Of a stretch of 64,000 nucleotides of DNA, positions 1 through 9,771 are shown piece by piece; position 1 is the first letter of the stretch; each line of letters begins with the position of its first letter. Below the pieces are notes generated by a model. That model searched no databases and was not told the DNA's origin. It saw only the letters and a program-made list of their open reading frames with translations. Source of the DNA: Phycisphaerae bacterium. Its GTDB lineage: Bacteria > Planctomycetota > Phycisphaerae > WQYP01. The translations under genes were made by a program, and so were the position numbers. Location of the stretch: positions 39 to 64,038 of the forward strand of contig JBMFGW010000005.1 of NCBI GenBank assembly GCA_049977145.1, in the 5' to 3' direction.

Positions 1-345
1 TTGCCATAAGTGCCGATCCTTTAACAACGCCACCAACGTATCCGGACTGATCACCATCCCGTCTTCCGCCAACTTCTCGCACGCCAGAGTCGGACCAAAA
101 TCGGCGTACCGCTCCTGATGCCGCTTGACGATCCGCTCACGTAGGCCTTCCTCCAGCCGCCGATTGCTCGCTCTACCGCGCGACCGGTGCGTCATTCCCG
201 CTGCACCTTCAATACGATACCGCTTCCATAGGCGACGGGCCTGCCGCAGCGATATGCACATCAGCACCGCCGCAGAAACCACCGTCACCTCGTCCCGTTC
301 AACCCGATGCATCGCATCCAGACGAACCCGTTCATTAGCTGACAT
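1..345 (-). mobile_element. Partial DDE transposase gene (N-terminal HTH part; IS481/ISNCY-like), ORF runs off the window start
   Basis: A reverse-strand ATG at 345 opens a frame that stays open to position 1. The translation is MSANERVRLDAMHRVERDEVTVVSAAVLMCISLRQARRLWKRYRIEGAAGMTHRSRGRASNRRLEEGLRERIVKRHQERYADFGPTLACEKLAEDGMVISPDTLVALLKDRHLWQ. The HTH and the HRSRGR..ERYADFGPTLA.EKL motif match IS481-type transposase N-termini as I recall them. The six-frame track missed it because no stop falls inside the window. Confidence 0.6.
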
Positions 346-386
346 AAGTAAGTTTTCCATCCTGTCTGGTATACCCCAGACTCGGA

Positions 387-430
387 GGTGACACTTCTAC
401 TTCGGCTAAGCGGTGACAATTCTACTTCGG
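387..430. repeat. Tandem 19-bp subterminal direct repeats (GGTGACACTTCTACTTCGG / GGTGACAATTCTACTTCGG) next to the transposase start; probable IS-end binding sites
   Basis: Two copies with one mismatch, 25 bp apart centre to centre, lying 40-85 bp from the transposase ATG. Confidence 0.45.
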
Positions 431-886
431 TACAACATATAGAAGTGGGCTTCCCTATCACAATGGCCGCGTGTAGGATACGATAGTGTTATGGGTCAAA
501 ACTTGGATATTTTGTTGACGCGGGAGGTACGGTTAGCCGCGACATCCATGGTCAGTGCGTCGGAGGAGGCAAATAATTTTGCTGCCAACCCGGCGCCCGA
601 CGGGTTGGTCCCGGTGGTGACGCTGGGTGTCCAGATCATGGGACCTGTCCAGTTGGACACGGGCATGCTGGTGAATATCAAACGCATTGATCACATTATT
701 CGGGATATTGCGGCGCCGGCGCTGGCGAGTCTGCTGGACAAGAAAATCCGACGGATCGGCCCGGGATTGTTGCTTGCCGAATTGTTTAATCGCTGTGCGG
801 CGGCGTTGACACCGCACACCATGGCGGCGCTTACGCTGCAGCTAAGCCCATGGATGTACTATCAAACCTGTCGTGGAGAAATGCCG

Positions 887-1297
887 ATGCTAAGGATGGC
901 TCAAAGATTTGAATTTTCCGCAGCGCACCGTCTGCATAATCCTGGTCTGTCCGCGGAAATAAACAGGCAACTTTTTGGCAAATGCAACAACCCCAATGGG
1001 CATGGGCATAATTATGAACTTGAAGTCGTCATTGGTGGAACTCCAGAGCCGCAAACCGGGCAGATTATGCAGTTGCTTGATTTTCAGCGTTTAGTAAATC
1101 AACACGTCATTGAGGTATTTGATCATAAACATTTGAATATGGACTGTCCGGAATTCGCAGCGCTTAATCCCACTGTGGAAAATATCGCGCAGGTGATTTT
1201 TGCGAAAATTAGAGAGGTGTTTCCTGCTGGTGTAAAACTTCTGGCTGTGAAGGTATGGGAAACGCCGAAAACCTGTTGTGAAGTTCGCGCTCCATAG
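887..1297 (+). CDS. queD: 6-carboxy-5,6,7,8-tetrahydropterin synthase (QueD/PTPS family)
   Basis: MAQRFEFSAAHRL...CNNPNGHGHNYELEV carries the Cx5HGH QueD signature. The true start is probably ATG 887 or 896. The ORF is open in frame from 491 but the upstream 130 codons are unrecognisable. Confidence 0.8.
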   Translation: MLRMAQRFEFSAAHRLHNPGLSAEINRQLFGKCNNPNGHGHNYELEVVIGGTPEPQTGQIMQLLDFQRLVNQHVIEVFDHKHLNMDCPEFAALNPTVENIAQVIFAKIREVFPAGVKLLAVKVWETPKTCCEVRAP

Positions 1298-1646
1298 CGT
1301 TGGTAAACGTTGGTGGGTGCGGCCATACTTTGTGGCAAAGGCGGTATTTTCGCCTAAGGCACGCGCGCCAAGGCCACACGGCTAATTAGAATATTGCGCC
1401 AGGTGCGGTAATTTGACATTTCGGATAGCGGCTCCTAATGTAATAAACGTAGGCAGAGGGCCGGTTGGTTTTCGATAGTGGGTAGTTGCGCCATCGGAAA
1501 GGCTATTTGTTTGAGGTATCAGGCTATGGACTGGTATTCCGGAAATTCTGTAATGGGCAGTTCAGACGAAACCTGTTATCCTGCCGGGGTGCGCCGGTAC
1601 GACCAAGAAAAATGATTACATTCCCCTTTTTTAATATGGAGTTATT

Positions 1647-3080
1647 ATGATACGAAACAGTGATATCGTGGTTATTGGCGGTAGTGCCGCAGGTGTTACC
1701 GCAGCGATCACCGCACGGCGGCATTATCCCGAAAAAAGTGTACTGCTGGTGCGTGAGCACCAACAGGTGCCGATTCCCTGTGGCATACCCTACATTTTTG
1801 GTACGGTTGGTAGTCCATCCAAAAATCTCACTCCGGACACGCCATTGGAAAAAGAATCTGTTAAAATTGCGGTTGAAACAGTTCAGACCATCGACCCGAA
1901 TCATCACCGTATTCACACCACCGCCGGGGATATTCAATATGAACGGCTGATTTTGGCTACTGGTTCCGTACCGGCGCGCATTCCGATACCAGGAGTGGAA
2001 AAGGATGGCGTATTCCCTATCTTTAAGGATGTTTCATACCTTGAGGCGATGCAAAAAAAACTGCAATCGGCGACCCAAGTGGTGGTCATTGGAGGCGGTT
2101 TTATCGGTATTGAGTTTGCTGATGAAATTCAAAAAAACGGCGGCAAAACCGTGACGATATTGGAGGTCGCGACTCATTGTCTGAGCTTGGCGTATGACGA
2201 TGAATTTTGTGTTGAAATGGAGGCCACTCTTCGTTCACGCGGGGTCCAAATTAGAACTCAGTCCCGGGTCGCGGAAATTATGGGCCGGGATAAAGTGGAG
2301 GCGGTGCGCTTGGCCGATAATACCCTTATTCCGGCGGATGCGGTGATATTGGGCGTTGGCGCGGTTCCGGCAGTGGAGTTGGCGAAAGCCGCGGGGCTTA
2401 AAATCGGGCCTACCGGTGGAATTGCGGTGGATCGGGCCATGAAGACATCGCACGAGCATATTTTTGCCTGCGGCGATTGCGCGGAAAAAGTTTCCTTTTT
2501 CCGGGGCTTGCCTAGTGCCTTGCGACTGGCTTCCATCGCCACACTGGAAGCGCGCGTCGCGGGCAATAATTTATACGGTATTCGCCGAGAATTTGACGGC
2601 GTGGTCGGGGTGTGGGCCACGGCGGTGGGGAAGTTCGCATTAGGTACCGCAGGCCTGACGGAAAATGCGGCGCGGCAAAACGGCTATGATTACGTCGCGG
2701 TGACGGTGGAGGGACCGAATCGGCATCCGGGCGGGATGCCCGATGGTGCGCCGACAAAATTGAAATTGGTATTTGATCGGTACACGGGCCTGTTACTCGG
2801 CGGACAGGTGCGCGGTAATGCCGTGGCCGGAGAAATTGCCAATATTGTCTCCGCCTGTATCCAGAAGAGAATGACAGCGGAAGATATCGCGATGTTTCAA
2901 ATGGGAACGCATCCCGCTCTTACGGCTTCTCCGGTGGTCTACCCGTTGGTGGATGCCGCCGAATTGGCGATTCGCAAGATGAATGCCACGGAAATGGTGG
3001 GCCGCGCACTGGTGGATAATCTGACACAAACGGCCGTGCGGAAGTTGGTCGGCAAGCCGGTTCTGGAACCGGTTTCATAA
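1647..3080 (+). CDS. FAD-dependent pyridine nucleotide-disulfide oxidoreductase, single-Cys NADH oxidase/CoA-disulfide reductase type
   Basis: N-terminal GGSAAG dinucleotide fold, a PCGIPY redox-Cys motif, a second GGGFIG Rossmann motif, 477 aa. Confidence 0.75.
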   Translation: MIRNSDIVVIGGSAAGVTAAITARRHYPEKSVLLVREHQQVPIPCGIPYIFGTVGSPSKNLTPDTPLEKESVKIAVETVQTIDPNHHRIHTTAGDIQYERLILATGSVPARIPIPGVEKDGVFPIFKDVSYLEAMQKKLQSATQVVVIGGGFIGIEFADEIQKNGGKTVTILEVATHCLSLAYDDEFCVEMEATLRSRGVQIRTQSRVAEIMGRDKVEAVRLADNTLIPADAVILGVGAVPAVELAKAAGLKIGPTGGIAVDRAMKTSHEHIFACGDCAEKVSFFRGLPSALRLASIATLEARVAGNNLYGIRREFDGVVGVWATAVGKFALGTAGLTENAARQNGYDYVAVTVEGPNRHPGGMPDGAPTKLKLVFDRYTGLLLGGQVRGNAVAGEIANIVSACIQKRMTAEDIAMFQMGTHPALTASPVVYPLVDAAELAIRKMNATEMVGRALVDNLTQTAVRKLVGKPVLEPVS

Positions 3081-3084
3081 TGTT

Positions 3085-3427
3085 TTAATGCCCCGGCGTT
3101 GGGATGGGCATGGCCATGTTTTCTCGCAAGAGACTTGACATTTCCTCTGAAAATGCGGGGCAAGGCCACTGCGGTAAACTGGAATAGTAACCGTTCACGC
3201 ACGATGTTTTTTGCGTATCCACCACGCGCGGCGGCAGACCGAGCCGCGACCGTAAGGGAGTGGTACCGCCGTGCACGCATACCGAGTTCGGAAGGCCGAA
3301 AGCCCGTGAACGGTTACCTGGAATAGAGTGCACTGTGCCGCGAAAAGTGGTGGAGGAATGAAGGATTGCCAAAACAAATGGTCCCACCCATTCCTGATTT
3401 CCCTGCCGGAAGGGTATAATCCCGGCA
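3085..3427 (+). ncRNA. Candidate structured non-coding element in a 347-bp intergenic region upstream of thiL (class unknown)
   Basis: The gap is unusually long and has no convincing ORF. A 13-bp inverted repeat GTAACCGTTCACG (3187-3199) / CGTGAACGGTTAC (3304-3316) is separated by 104 nt. CTGGAATAG occurs twice. A TTGACA hexamer sits at 3135 and a GCCACTG B12-box-like heptamer at 3166. Confidence 0.2.
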
Positions 3428-4372
3428 ATGGAAGAAAACGAGATACTTGCTTGGATTGCGCATAGCGTTAAAGCCTCGCCATCCGTTTATATTGGTGTGG
3501 GCGATGATATGGCGGCGGTGCGGCTGGAGCCGCGGATGGGTATTGATGCCAATCTGGTGCTGTTAAAAATTGATCAGGCATTGGATCAGGTACACTTTGA
3601 TCTACGCCAACACGCACCCGCCGCTGTGGGCAGAAAGGCCGTCAATCGCTGTTTGTCGGATTGTGCGGGAATGGCGTGTATACCCGCGGCGATTCTGATT
3701 GCCATGGCGCTGCCGCGGAGAGCTGATATGATGATGGTGCGGGAACTATTTAAGGGCTGCCAAGCTGCGGCGGCGGCCTTTAATTGCCCTATTGTCGGCG
3801 GTGATACGGCAATCTGGGATCAATGCTTGGGGATCACTGTTGCGGCCATGGGTATATCAGACCATGAGCCGATCCGACGCTCGGGAGCTAAGGCGGGTGA
3901 CGCCCTTTGCGTGACGGGAAAGCTCGGCGGCAGCCTTCTGGGCAGACACATGGATTTTACACCGCGCATCAATCTGGCCCACCGGCTGGCGCGCGCGCTG
4001 AATATCCACGCCATGATGGATATTTCCGACGGGCTGGCCATGGATTTGCCGCGGATGATGGCGGCTTCGCAAATGGGTGCTACCGTTGATGGTACTTGGG
4101 TTCCCATTCATGAAGACGCCAAATTGCTCAAGGGCCGCGATCATCAATCCGCCTTGCATCATGCCCTGTGTGATGGCGAAGATTATGAATTATTATTCGC
4201 TGTGGATTCCGATGACGCCCGACAACTGACTCATTTTGATAGGGACATTCCCATCAGCATCATTGGTCGGGTGACTGCGGCCAATGGGGAATTAATTCTG
4301 GTGGATGAAAAAGGAAAAACTCAGGCATGGCCCAAAGGTGGGTGGGAATATACGGGAGGCGGTCAACCATGA
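3428..4372 (+). CDS. thiL: Thiamine-monophosphate kinase
   Basis: AIR-synthase-related fold with GVGDDMA, GGDT, DISDGL and GEDYELL motifs matching ThiL. Confidence 0.85.
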   Translation: MEENEILAWIAHSVKASPSVYIGVGDDMAAVRLEPRMGIDANLVLLKIDQALDQVHFDLRQHAPAAVGRKAVNRCLSDCAGMACIPAAILIAMALPRRADMMMVRELFKGCQAAAAAFNCPIVGGDTAIWDQCLGITVAAMGISDHEPIRRSGAKAGDALCVTGKLGGSLLGRHMDFTPRINLAHRLARALNIHAMMDISDGLAMDLPRMMAASQMGATVDGTWVPIHEDAKLLKGRDHQSALHHALCDGEDYELLFAVDSDDARQLTHFDRDIPISIIGRVTAANGELILVDEKGKTQAWPKGGWEYTGGGQP

Positions 4373-4881
4373 ACACGCATGGGCCGTCTGTGGAGGTCAT
4401 CGCCAGATGCTTGGATGAAACCTTAGCCTTGGGGCGGCGAATTGGGGAACATGCTTTACCGGGGCAATGTCTGGCCTTGGAAGGAATATTGGGTGCCGGA
4501 AAAACACAACTGGTCCGTGGCATAAGTTGCGGCGCACAGGTAGCGGCCCCGGGTCTGGTCAATAGCCCGTCGTATGTACTGTTGAACGTTTATGAAGCTG
4601 TGCCTGACAATCCGCGCAGTAAGACGGTTTATCATCTTGACGCGTACCGGGTGAAAAATTCGGACGAGTTTCTGGCGGTGGGCTTGCCGGAAATATTGGA
4701 GCAGGACGGTATCGTTTGTATTGAATGGGCCACGCGGGTGGTGGATTTATTGCCGGAAGATTATGTGCTGGTGCAAGGTGTACCATTAGACGAATTTACA
4801 CGTTCTTGGAGGTTTACCGCCAACGGTCCCATTTCCAACACGCTGCTGACTGCGATTATCGGGACCAGCTCCCAGGCGTAA
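4369..4881 (+). CDS. tsaE: tRNA threonylcarbamoyladenosine biosynthesis ATPase TsaE
   Basis: GILGAGKTQ P-loop, SPSYVLL, YHLDAYR and CIEW motifs as in YjeE. ATGA overlap with the thiL stop. Confidence 0.8.
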   Translation: MNTHGPSVEVIARCLDETLALGRRIGEHALPGQCLALEGILGAGKTQLVRGISCGAQVAAPGLVNSPSYVLLNVYEAVPDNPRSKTVYHLDAYRVKNSDEFLAVGLPEILEQDGIVCIEWATRVVDLLPEDYVLVQGVPLDEFTRSWRFTANGPISNTLLTAIIGTSSQA

Positions 4882-4946
4882 GTCAATCACCGCCAGGCGC
4901 AACACTTGCGCGGTGTGTTATTATAGCGCTACTTGCGGGGATCGGG

Positions 4947-5897
4947 CTATTGTCCGCCTAGTTGCACCGCCAGCAGGCCTTTCTGAAAATGCAGGCGGTT
5001 CTCGGCCTGTTGAAAGACGATACTGCGGTCACAATCCATCGCCGCATCGGTTATTTCCACCCCCCGGTATGCCGGCAGGCAATGCATGACCACAGCATGA
5101 GCCGGAGCCGCGGCGATTAACGCGTCATTGATTTGATACGGCGCGAAAATTTTCAGGCGTTGCGCCTTTTGCTGTTCCTGACCCATACTAACCCATGTAT
5201 CCGTATAGATAATATCCGCAGAACGCACGGCTTCCCGCGGATCAGCGGTGCAATGAAAATCAAATCCGGGAATGCCAGTTGCGGTTCGCACATCGGCGTT
5301 ATTGAGTTGATAGCCATCCGGAGCGGCGATGCGGAATTTCAGGCCGAAGACCGCGCAGGCCTCCATAAGCGACCGGGCGACGTTATTGCCGTCGCCGATG
5401 TAGGCCAACGTCAGACCGGAAAGCGCACCGCAATGTTCACGGATGGTTAAAAGATCAGCCATGACTTGGCAGGGGTGGCTGCGGTCGCTCAAAGCGTTGA
5501 TAACCGGACGGTTGCTGAAACGTGCCAGTTGGACAATCGTATCGTGTGCAAAGGTGCGGGCCATGATGGCGTCGCAAAAGCCGGATAGCACGCGGGCCGC
5601 ATCTGGCACGCTTTCGCGTGTGCCTAAACCGATTTCAGCGGGGGTTATGTAAATCGCCGCGCCGCCGAGATGCGTCATCGCCACTTCAAAACTCACGCGG
5701 GTGCGCAATGAAGGCTTTTCAAAAATCATCGCCAGCGTTTTGCCGGCCGCCAGTGGTTCATTGCGCCCCGTAGCGCGGTATTGTGTTTTTAGCCGTGCCG
5801 CGACGGTCAGAAGATGTTCCAACCGGGCGCGCTCTACGCCAAGAATATCCACAAAGTCAAATTTGGCGGCTGCTTGTAAGCCATTGTTTTCAATCAT
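4947..5897 (-). CDS. argF: Ornithine carbamoyltransferase
   Basis: SLRTR carbamoyl-phosphate motif, HCLP and DTWVSMG ornithine-binding motifs. Confidence 0.9.
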   Translation of the reverse strand: MIENNGLQAAAKFDFVDILGVERARLEHLLTVAARLKTQYRATGRNEPLAAGKTLAMIFEKPSLRTRVSFEVAMTHLGGAAIYITPAEIGLGTRESVPDAARVLSGFCDAIMARTFAHDTIVQLARFSNRPVINALSDRSHPCQVMADLLTIREHCGALSGLTLAYIGDGNNVARSLMEACAVFGLKFRIAAPDGYQLNNADVRTATGIPGFDFHCTADPREAVRSADIIYTDTWVSMGQEQQKAQRLKIFAPYQINDALIAAAPAHAVVMHCLPAYRGVEITDAAMDCDRSIVFQQAENRLHFQKGLLAVQLGGQ

Positions 5898-5956
5898 CGT
5901 ATTACCTCAATTCAAATTGTTGGCTGGCATGGTATCCCAAAAAACATGACACTTTT

Positions 5957-6838
5957 TCAACCACGGACGATTTCCGTACCGACGCCCTGATCGGAATAAA
6001 TTTCCAACAGGAGGGCGTGTGGAAATCGACCATCAATGATATGCGTTTTCTGTACGCCGCCGTCAAGTGCGATAAAACAGGCCTCCACTTTCGGGAGCAT
6101 GCCTTCGCCGATATTCCCCGCCGCAATAAGTTTTTCAATGTCCGCGCGGGTGACACTGCGCAAAAGAGAGTTAGGATCATCCTTATGCGCGCGTATACCA
6201 TGGGTATCGGACACCAATACCATTTTTTCCGCCCGGCATGCCGCGGCGACAAAACCGGCGGCGGTATCCGCATTGACATTGAGTTTTCCGCCGGAAGTAT
6301 CCAGCGCAATCGGGGCAATCACCGGGATGTAATTTGCTGCGGTCAACGCCTGCAGTAAGGCCGCATTGACCCGCGTTACCTGGCCTACACGACCTATATC
6401 AATATGCGGATTGGATTCATCAGATAAATACAGTTTCTCGGCAAAGAGCACCGCACTGCCGAGGGAATTTAACGGCATAGCTTGGCCGCCAAGTTCTCCG
6501 ATTGTCGCAACAATAAACGCATTAATGTCATTGACCAGTACATGTTCGGCAATCGCTAGGGTGCGGTCATCGGTGTAGCGGCGGCCTAACACGAACTGGG
6601 CTTGCAGTCCGGCCTCATTCATGGCCTGAGTAATGGCCTTGCCGCCCCCATGCACCACGACTGGTCGCATGCCCACGGCGTGCATAAAAACAATATCGGT
6701 GAGGACCTTTCTGAATTCATCTTTGGAATCCATAAACGAACCACCGAGTTTCACGATCACAATTTTTTCATTGAAGCGTTGGATATAACCCAAAGCTTCA
6801 ATAAGCGCCCCGGCTTTTTTCAGAATATTTTTACTCAT
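5957..6838 (-). CDS. argB: Acetylglutamate kinase
   Basis: EALGYIQRF..IVIVKLGGS and VVHGGG motifs of the amino-acid kinase family. Start taken at MSKNILKK. Lies upstream of argF on the same strand. Confidence 0.85.
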   Translation of the reverse strand: MSKNILKKAGALIEALGYIQRFNEKIVIVKLGGSFMDSKDEFRKVLTDIVFMHAVGMRPVVVHGGGKAITQAMNEAGLQAQFVLGRRYTDDRTLAIAEHVLVNDINAFIVATIGELGGQAMPLNSLGSAVLFAEKLYLSDESNPHIDIGRVGQVTRVNAALLQALTAANYIPVIAPIALDTSGGKLNVNADTAAGFVAAACRAEKMVLVSDTHGIRAHKDDPNSLLRSVTRADIEKLIAAGNIGEGMLPKVEACFIALDGGVQKTHIIDGRFPHALLLEIYSDQGVGTEIVRG

Positions 6839-7210
6839 GGTCAAATCCATGACCAACTCCCATTATCATGTTCCCCGGCCACCCGCACGAGTGCAACCTG
6901 TTGGCTCCAAGTGCCGGGTCAGTTACCATTGTGCGCGGCCGGAGTTTTCGGCTTCCCCGCATCGGGGAATATCAGGGCGATGAGAATACGATTGGTTGGC
7001 ATTCAATGCAAGCATCGCGTTATACCGCTATTGCATGTATAATTAAATTTTGATAGACGGATCCGGTGAAAATCGGCGGACATGGACGGTGTCTGGTTTT
7101 ATATACGCCTTGGTGTGGTGGAGTGTGAAACATCTGAAATAATGGGTGAAGCTATTGTCGGCTCTCGGCGGTCGGAGTTGTTGCACCGTGAAACAGTCAG
7201 CGGCGGCCCG

Positions 7211-8689
7211 ATGCCGTCTGTCCCGCGATACCAACGGAGTTCCCGCTTAATGGAGCCAAAGTTCAGAATTATTCAAGGTGGAATGGGTGTGGGAGTATCC
7301 AACTGGGTACTGGCTAAATCCGTTGCGCAGCGCGGCGCACTGGGTGTTGTATCCGGTACGGGAATTGCAACAGTCCTGGCGAGGCGGTTGCAAGGAGGCG
7401 ATCGGGATGGACACCTGCGTCGGGCGGTGGGCGAGTTTCCCTTCCGAAATATTGCGCGCCGGGTATGGGATCGCTACTTTATTGATGGTGGGAGAATGGC
7501 AGCAACGCCTTTCAAATCAACTCCCGTACCGATGATTGAGTTTAGCGAGGCTTTGGAGGAATTAACCGTACTGGCAGCCTTTACGGAGGTGTTCCTCGCC
7601 AAAGAAGGACATGCCGGGGTAGTGGGGATCAATTTGTTGGAAAAGGTACAAACACCGACTTTGGCTACGCTTTTCGGAGCCATGCTGGCCGGGGTGGATT
7701 ATGTGTTGATGGGGGCGGGCATTCCACGATTTATCCCCGGCGTACTGGATGCGCTGGCACGCGGAGAAGCGGTGCAGCTTAAAGTGGATGTAGAGAGTGC
7801 CGGCCCCGGCGACACCTTCTTAAGCCAATTTGATCCCGCTGGTTTTATGGCGGCAAATGAGAGTGGCGGCACGAAACCTCCAATGCTTAAACGCCCGGTT
7901 TTTTTAGCGATTGTTTCTTCCGCGACATTGGCTATGACGCTGGCCCGCAAATCCAACGGGCGGGTAGACGGATTTATTATTGAAACGCCCGTGGCTGGCG
8001 GGCACAATGCTCCGCCGCGTGGGCCCTTGCGTTTGACCCAGAGCGGGGAACCGGTCTATGGGATGCGCGATGACGCGGATCTCCAAAAAATTGCGGCCAT
8101 CGGCCTGCCTTTTTATATGGCAGGTGGATTTGGTACCCACGCACAACTAGAGTGGGCTTTGGCACAAGGGGCCGCGGGGATTCAGGTGGGAACAGCTTTT
8201 GCTTTCTGCAACGAGTCCGCTATTCGCGCGGACTTGAAGCGGCAGGTTATAGAACTGGCCCGCGCTGGTCAGGCCAAAGTGTTTACCGATCCGCTGGCGT
8301 CCCCGACGGGCTTCCCTTTCAAAGTCCTGGCCTTGGAGCAATCCATGTCGAATCCGGACATTTATGCGCAACGTAAGCGGAAATGCGACATGGGTTATCT
8401 GCGTATGTTATATCGGCGCGAAGATGGAACGGTTGGATACCGTTGTGCGGCGGAACCGGTGGAGGATTACGTGGCTAAAGGCGGCGTGGCCGAGGACACC
8501 ACCGGGCGCAAATGTCTTTGCAATGCTCTGTTTTCCACTATTGGACTGGGACAGGTTGATTCACAAGGTGAATCCGAAATAGCCATCGTCACTGCGGGTG
8601 ATGATGTTTCCGAAATTCGGCGCTATCTCCGCAATGGTGCGGATTCCTATTCTTCGGCGGACGTTTTGGATTGTATCCGCAACGGCTGA
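7211..8689 (+). CDS. Nitronate monooxygenase (2-nitropropane dioxygenase, NMO family) with about 150-aa C-terminal extension
   Basis: FRIIQGGMGVGVS FMN-binding start, and a GIQVGTAF TIM-barrel motif. Start uncertain (7211 or 7250). Confidence 0.7.
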   Translation: MPSVPRYQRSSRLMEPKFRIIQGGMGVGVSNWVLAKSVAQRGALGVVSGTGIATVLARRLQGGDRDGHLRRAVGEFPFRNIARRVWDRYFIDGGRMAATPFKSTPVPMIEFSEALEELTVLAAFTEVFLAKEGHAGVVGINLLEKVQTPTLATLFGAMLAGVDYVLMGAGIPRFIPGVLDALARGEAVQLKVDVESAGPGDTFLSQFDPAGFMAANESGGTKPPMLKRPVFLAIVSSATLAMTLARKSNGRVDGFIIETPVAGGHNAPPRGPLRLTQSGEPVYGMRDDADLQKIAAIGLPFYMAGGFGTHAQLEWALAQGAAGIQVGTAFAFCNESAIRADLKRQVIELARAGQAKVFTDPLASPTGFPFKVLALEQSMSNPDIYAQRKRKCDMGYLRMLYRREDGTVGYRCAAEPVEDYVAKGGVAEDTTGRKCLCNALFSTIGLGQVDSQGESEIAIVTAGDDVSEIRRYLRNGADSYSSADVLDCIRNG

Positions 8690-8729
8690 CCGACGGGCTA
8701 TTTCCTGACAACATGTAGCCGTCGGAGGT

Positions 8730-9656
8730 TTACACCGCGTTGGCCCGATACCAGGCAATGGTTTTTGCCAAACCGTCTTCCAGTGCGGTTCGGGCGACAA
8801 ATCCAAAGTGCTTTTTTGCTTGCGTGGTATCCAGACAGCGACGCGGCTGACCGTCGGGCTTGGAGGGATCCCAACGAATTTCTCCCTTGAAGTCGCAGAG
8901 TCGGGCGATCAGCTCAGTCAATTCCCGAATGGTAATTTCGCGGCCCGCACCGAGATTGACTGGTTCCGGCGCATCATAACGTTGCATGGCGGCGACAATG
9001 CCTTCCGCGCAATCCTCCACGTATAGAAATTCGCGTGAGGCCGTACCGGTGCCCCAAGCGGTAATAAAGGCGCTGTTGGCTTGTTGGGCTTCAACAAATT
9101 TCCGAATTAAAGCCGGTATCACATGCGAGGATTGAAGATCAAAATTATCGCCCGGTCCGTAAAGATTCACCGGCAGAAGATAAATCGCGTTAAGGCCATA
9201 TTGTTGGCGATAGGACTGACACATGGTCAAAAGAGCTTTTTTAGCGATGCCATAAGGAGCATTGGTTTCTTCCGGGTAACCGTTCCAGAGGTCCGTTTCC
9301 TTAAATGGCACCGGTGTAAATTTGGGATAGGCGCAAATGGTGCCCACCTGCACAAACTTTTTTACCCCATGCAAGCGGGCCGCTTCCATCAGATGCAATC
9401 CCATGGCCATGTTCGCATAAAAATAACGCCCGGGATTTTCGCGATTGGCTCCGATGCCGCCCACCTGTGCGGCCAGATGCAGAATAATATCCGGATTTAG
9501 GCGTGCGACCATCGCCTCGGTAGCTTCCTGCCGGGTCAGATCGCATTCCTTACTGCGCAAAATGTAAATATCTGCCGGGGCAATACCACTTTCGGTAAGC
9601 CTTCTGGTGATACATCGCCCCACAAAACCGGCTCCGCCCGTGATTAGATAGCGCAT
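8730..9656 (-). CDS. fcl: GDP-L-fucose synthase (GDP-4-keto-6-deoxy-D-mannose 3,5-epimerase/4-reductase)
   Basis: [13 protein letters not shown], a YxxxK motif in PYGIAKKA, and overall similarity to Fcl/WcaG. Confidence 0.85.
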   Translation of the reverse strand: MRYLITGGAGFVGRCITRRLTESGIAPADIYILRSKECDLTRQEATEAMVARLNPDIILHLAAQVGGIGANRENPGRYFYANMAMGLHLMEAARLHGVKKFVQVGTICAYPKFTPVPFKETDLWNGYPEETNAPYGIAKKALLTMCQSYRQQYGLNAIYLLPVNLYGPGDNFDLQSSHVIPALIRKFVEAQQANSAFITAWGTGTASREFLYVEDCAEGIVAAMQRYDAPEPVNLGAGREITIRELTELIARLCDFKGEIRWDPSKPDGQPRRCLDTTQAKKHFGFVARTALEDGLAKTIAWYRANAV

Positions 9657-9715
9657 AAACTTAACACTCCGATGGCATCACTTCGCATTATCTCCATAAC
9701 CTGTCATCGGCGAAA

Positions 9716-9771
9716 ACGCAAAGTAAACATTATTTTACAATGCGTCAGTGTAAAAACAACTTTGCGTTTTT
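9716..9771 (+). terminator. Nested hairpin followed by a T5 run (intrinsic-terminator-like) in the trpE upstream region
   Basis: Outer stem ACGCAAAGT/ACTTTGCGT. Inner stem TTTTACA/TGTAAAA with loop ATGCGTCAG. Followed by TTTTT. Confidence 0.3.

Noticed and set aside
491-886. N-terminal 130-codon in-frame extension of the queD ORF
   Set aside because: No recognisable domain. QueD homologues are about 120-140 aa and start at the MAQRFEFSAAHRL region. Treated as non-coding or a remnant rather than part of queD.
1524-3387. Numerous 60-140-aa ORFs antisense to or nested within annotated genes (for example 1524..1937-, 2258..2620-, 2939..3280-)
   Set aside because: They lie inside or opposite well-supported genes, lack start context or RBS, and are Arg/Pro/Gly-biased as expected for wrong-frame translation of GC-rich DNA.
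3085-3427. Cobalamin or TPP riboswitch, RNase P RNA, tmRNA, SRP RNA upstream of thiL
   Set aside because: GCCACTG (B12 box-like) is present, but the region has no GGTGNNAANTCC or GGGAAGGC partner blocks. There is no CTGAGA/AACCTGATC TPP core. The RNase P P4 strands (GGAAAGTCCGG / ACAGAACCCGGCTTA) are absent, and so are the tRNA-like tmRNA ends. The downstream gene (thiL) would also not be B12-regulated. Kept only as an unclassified candidate.
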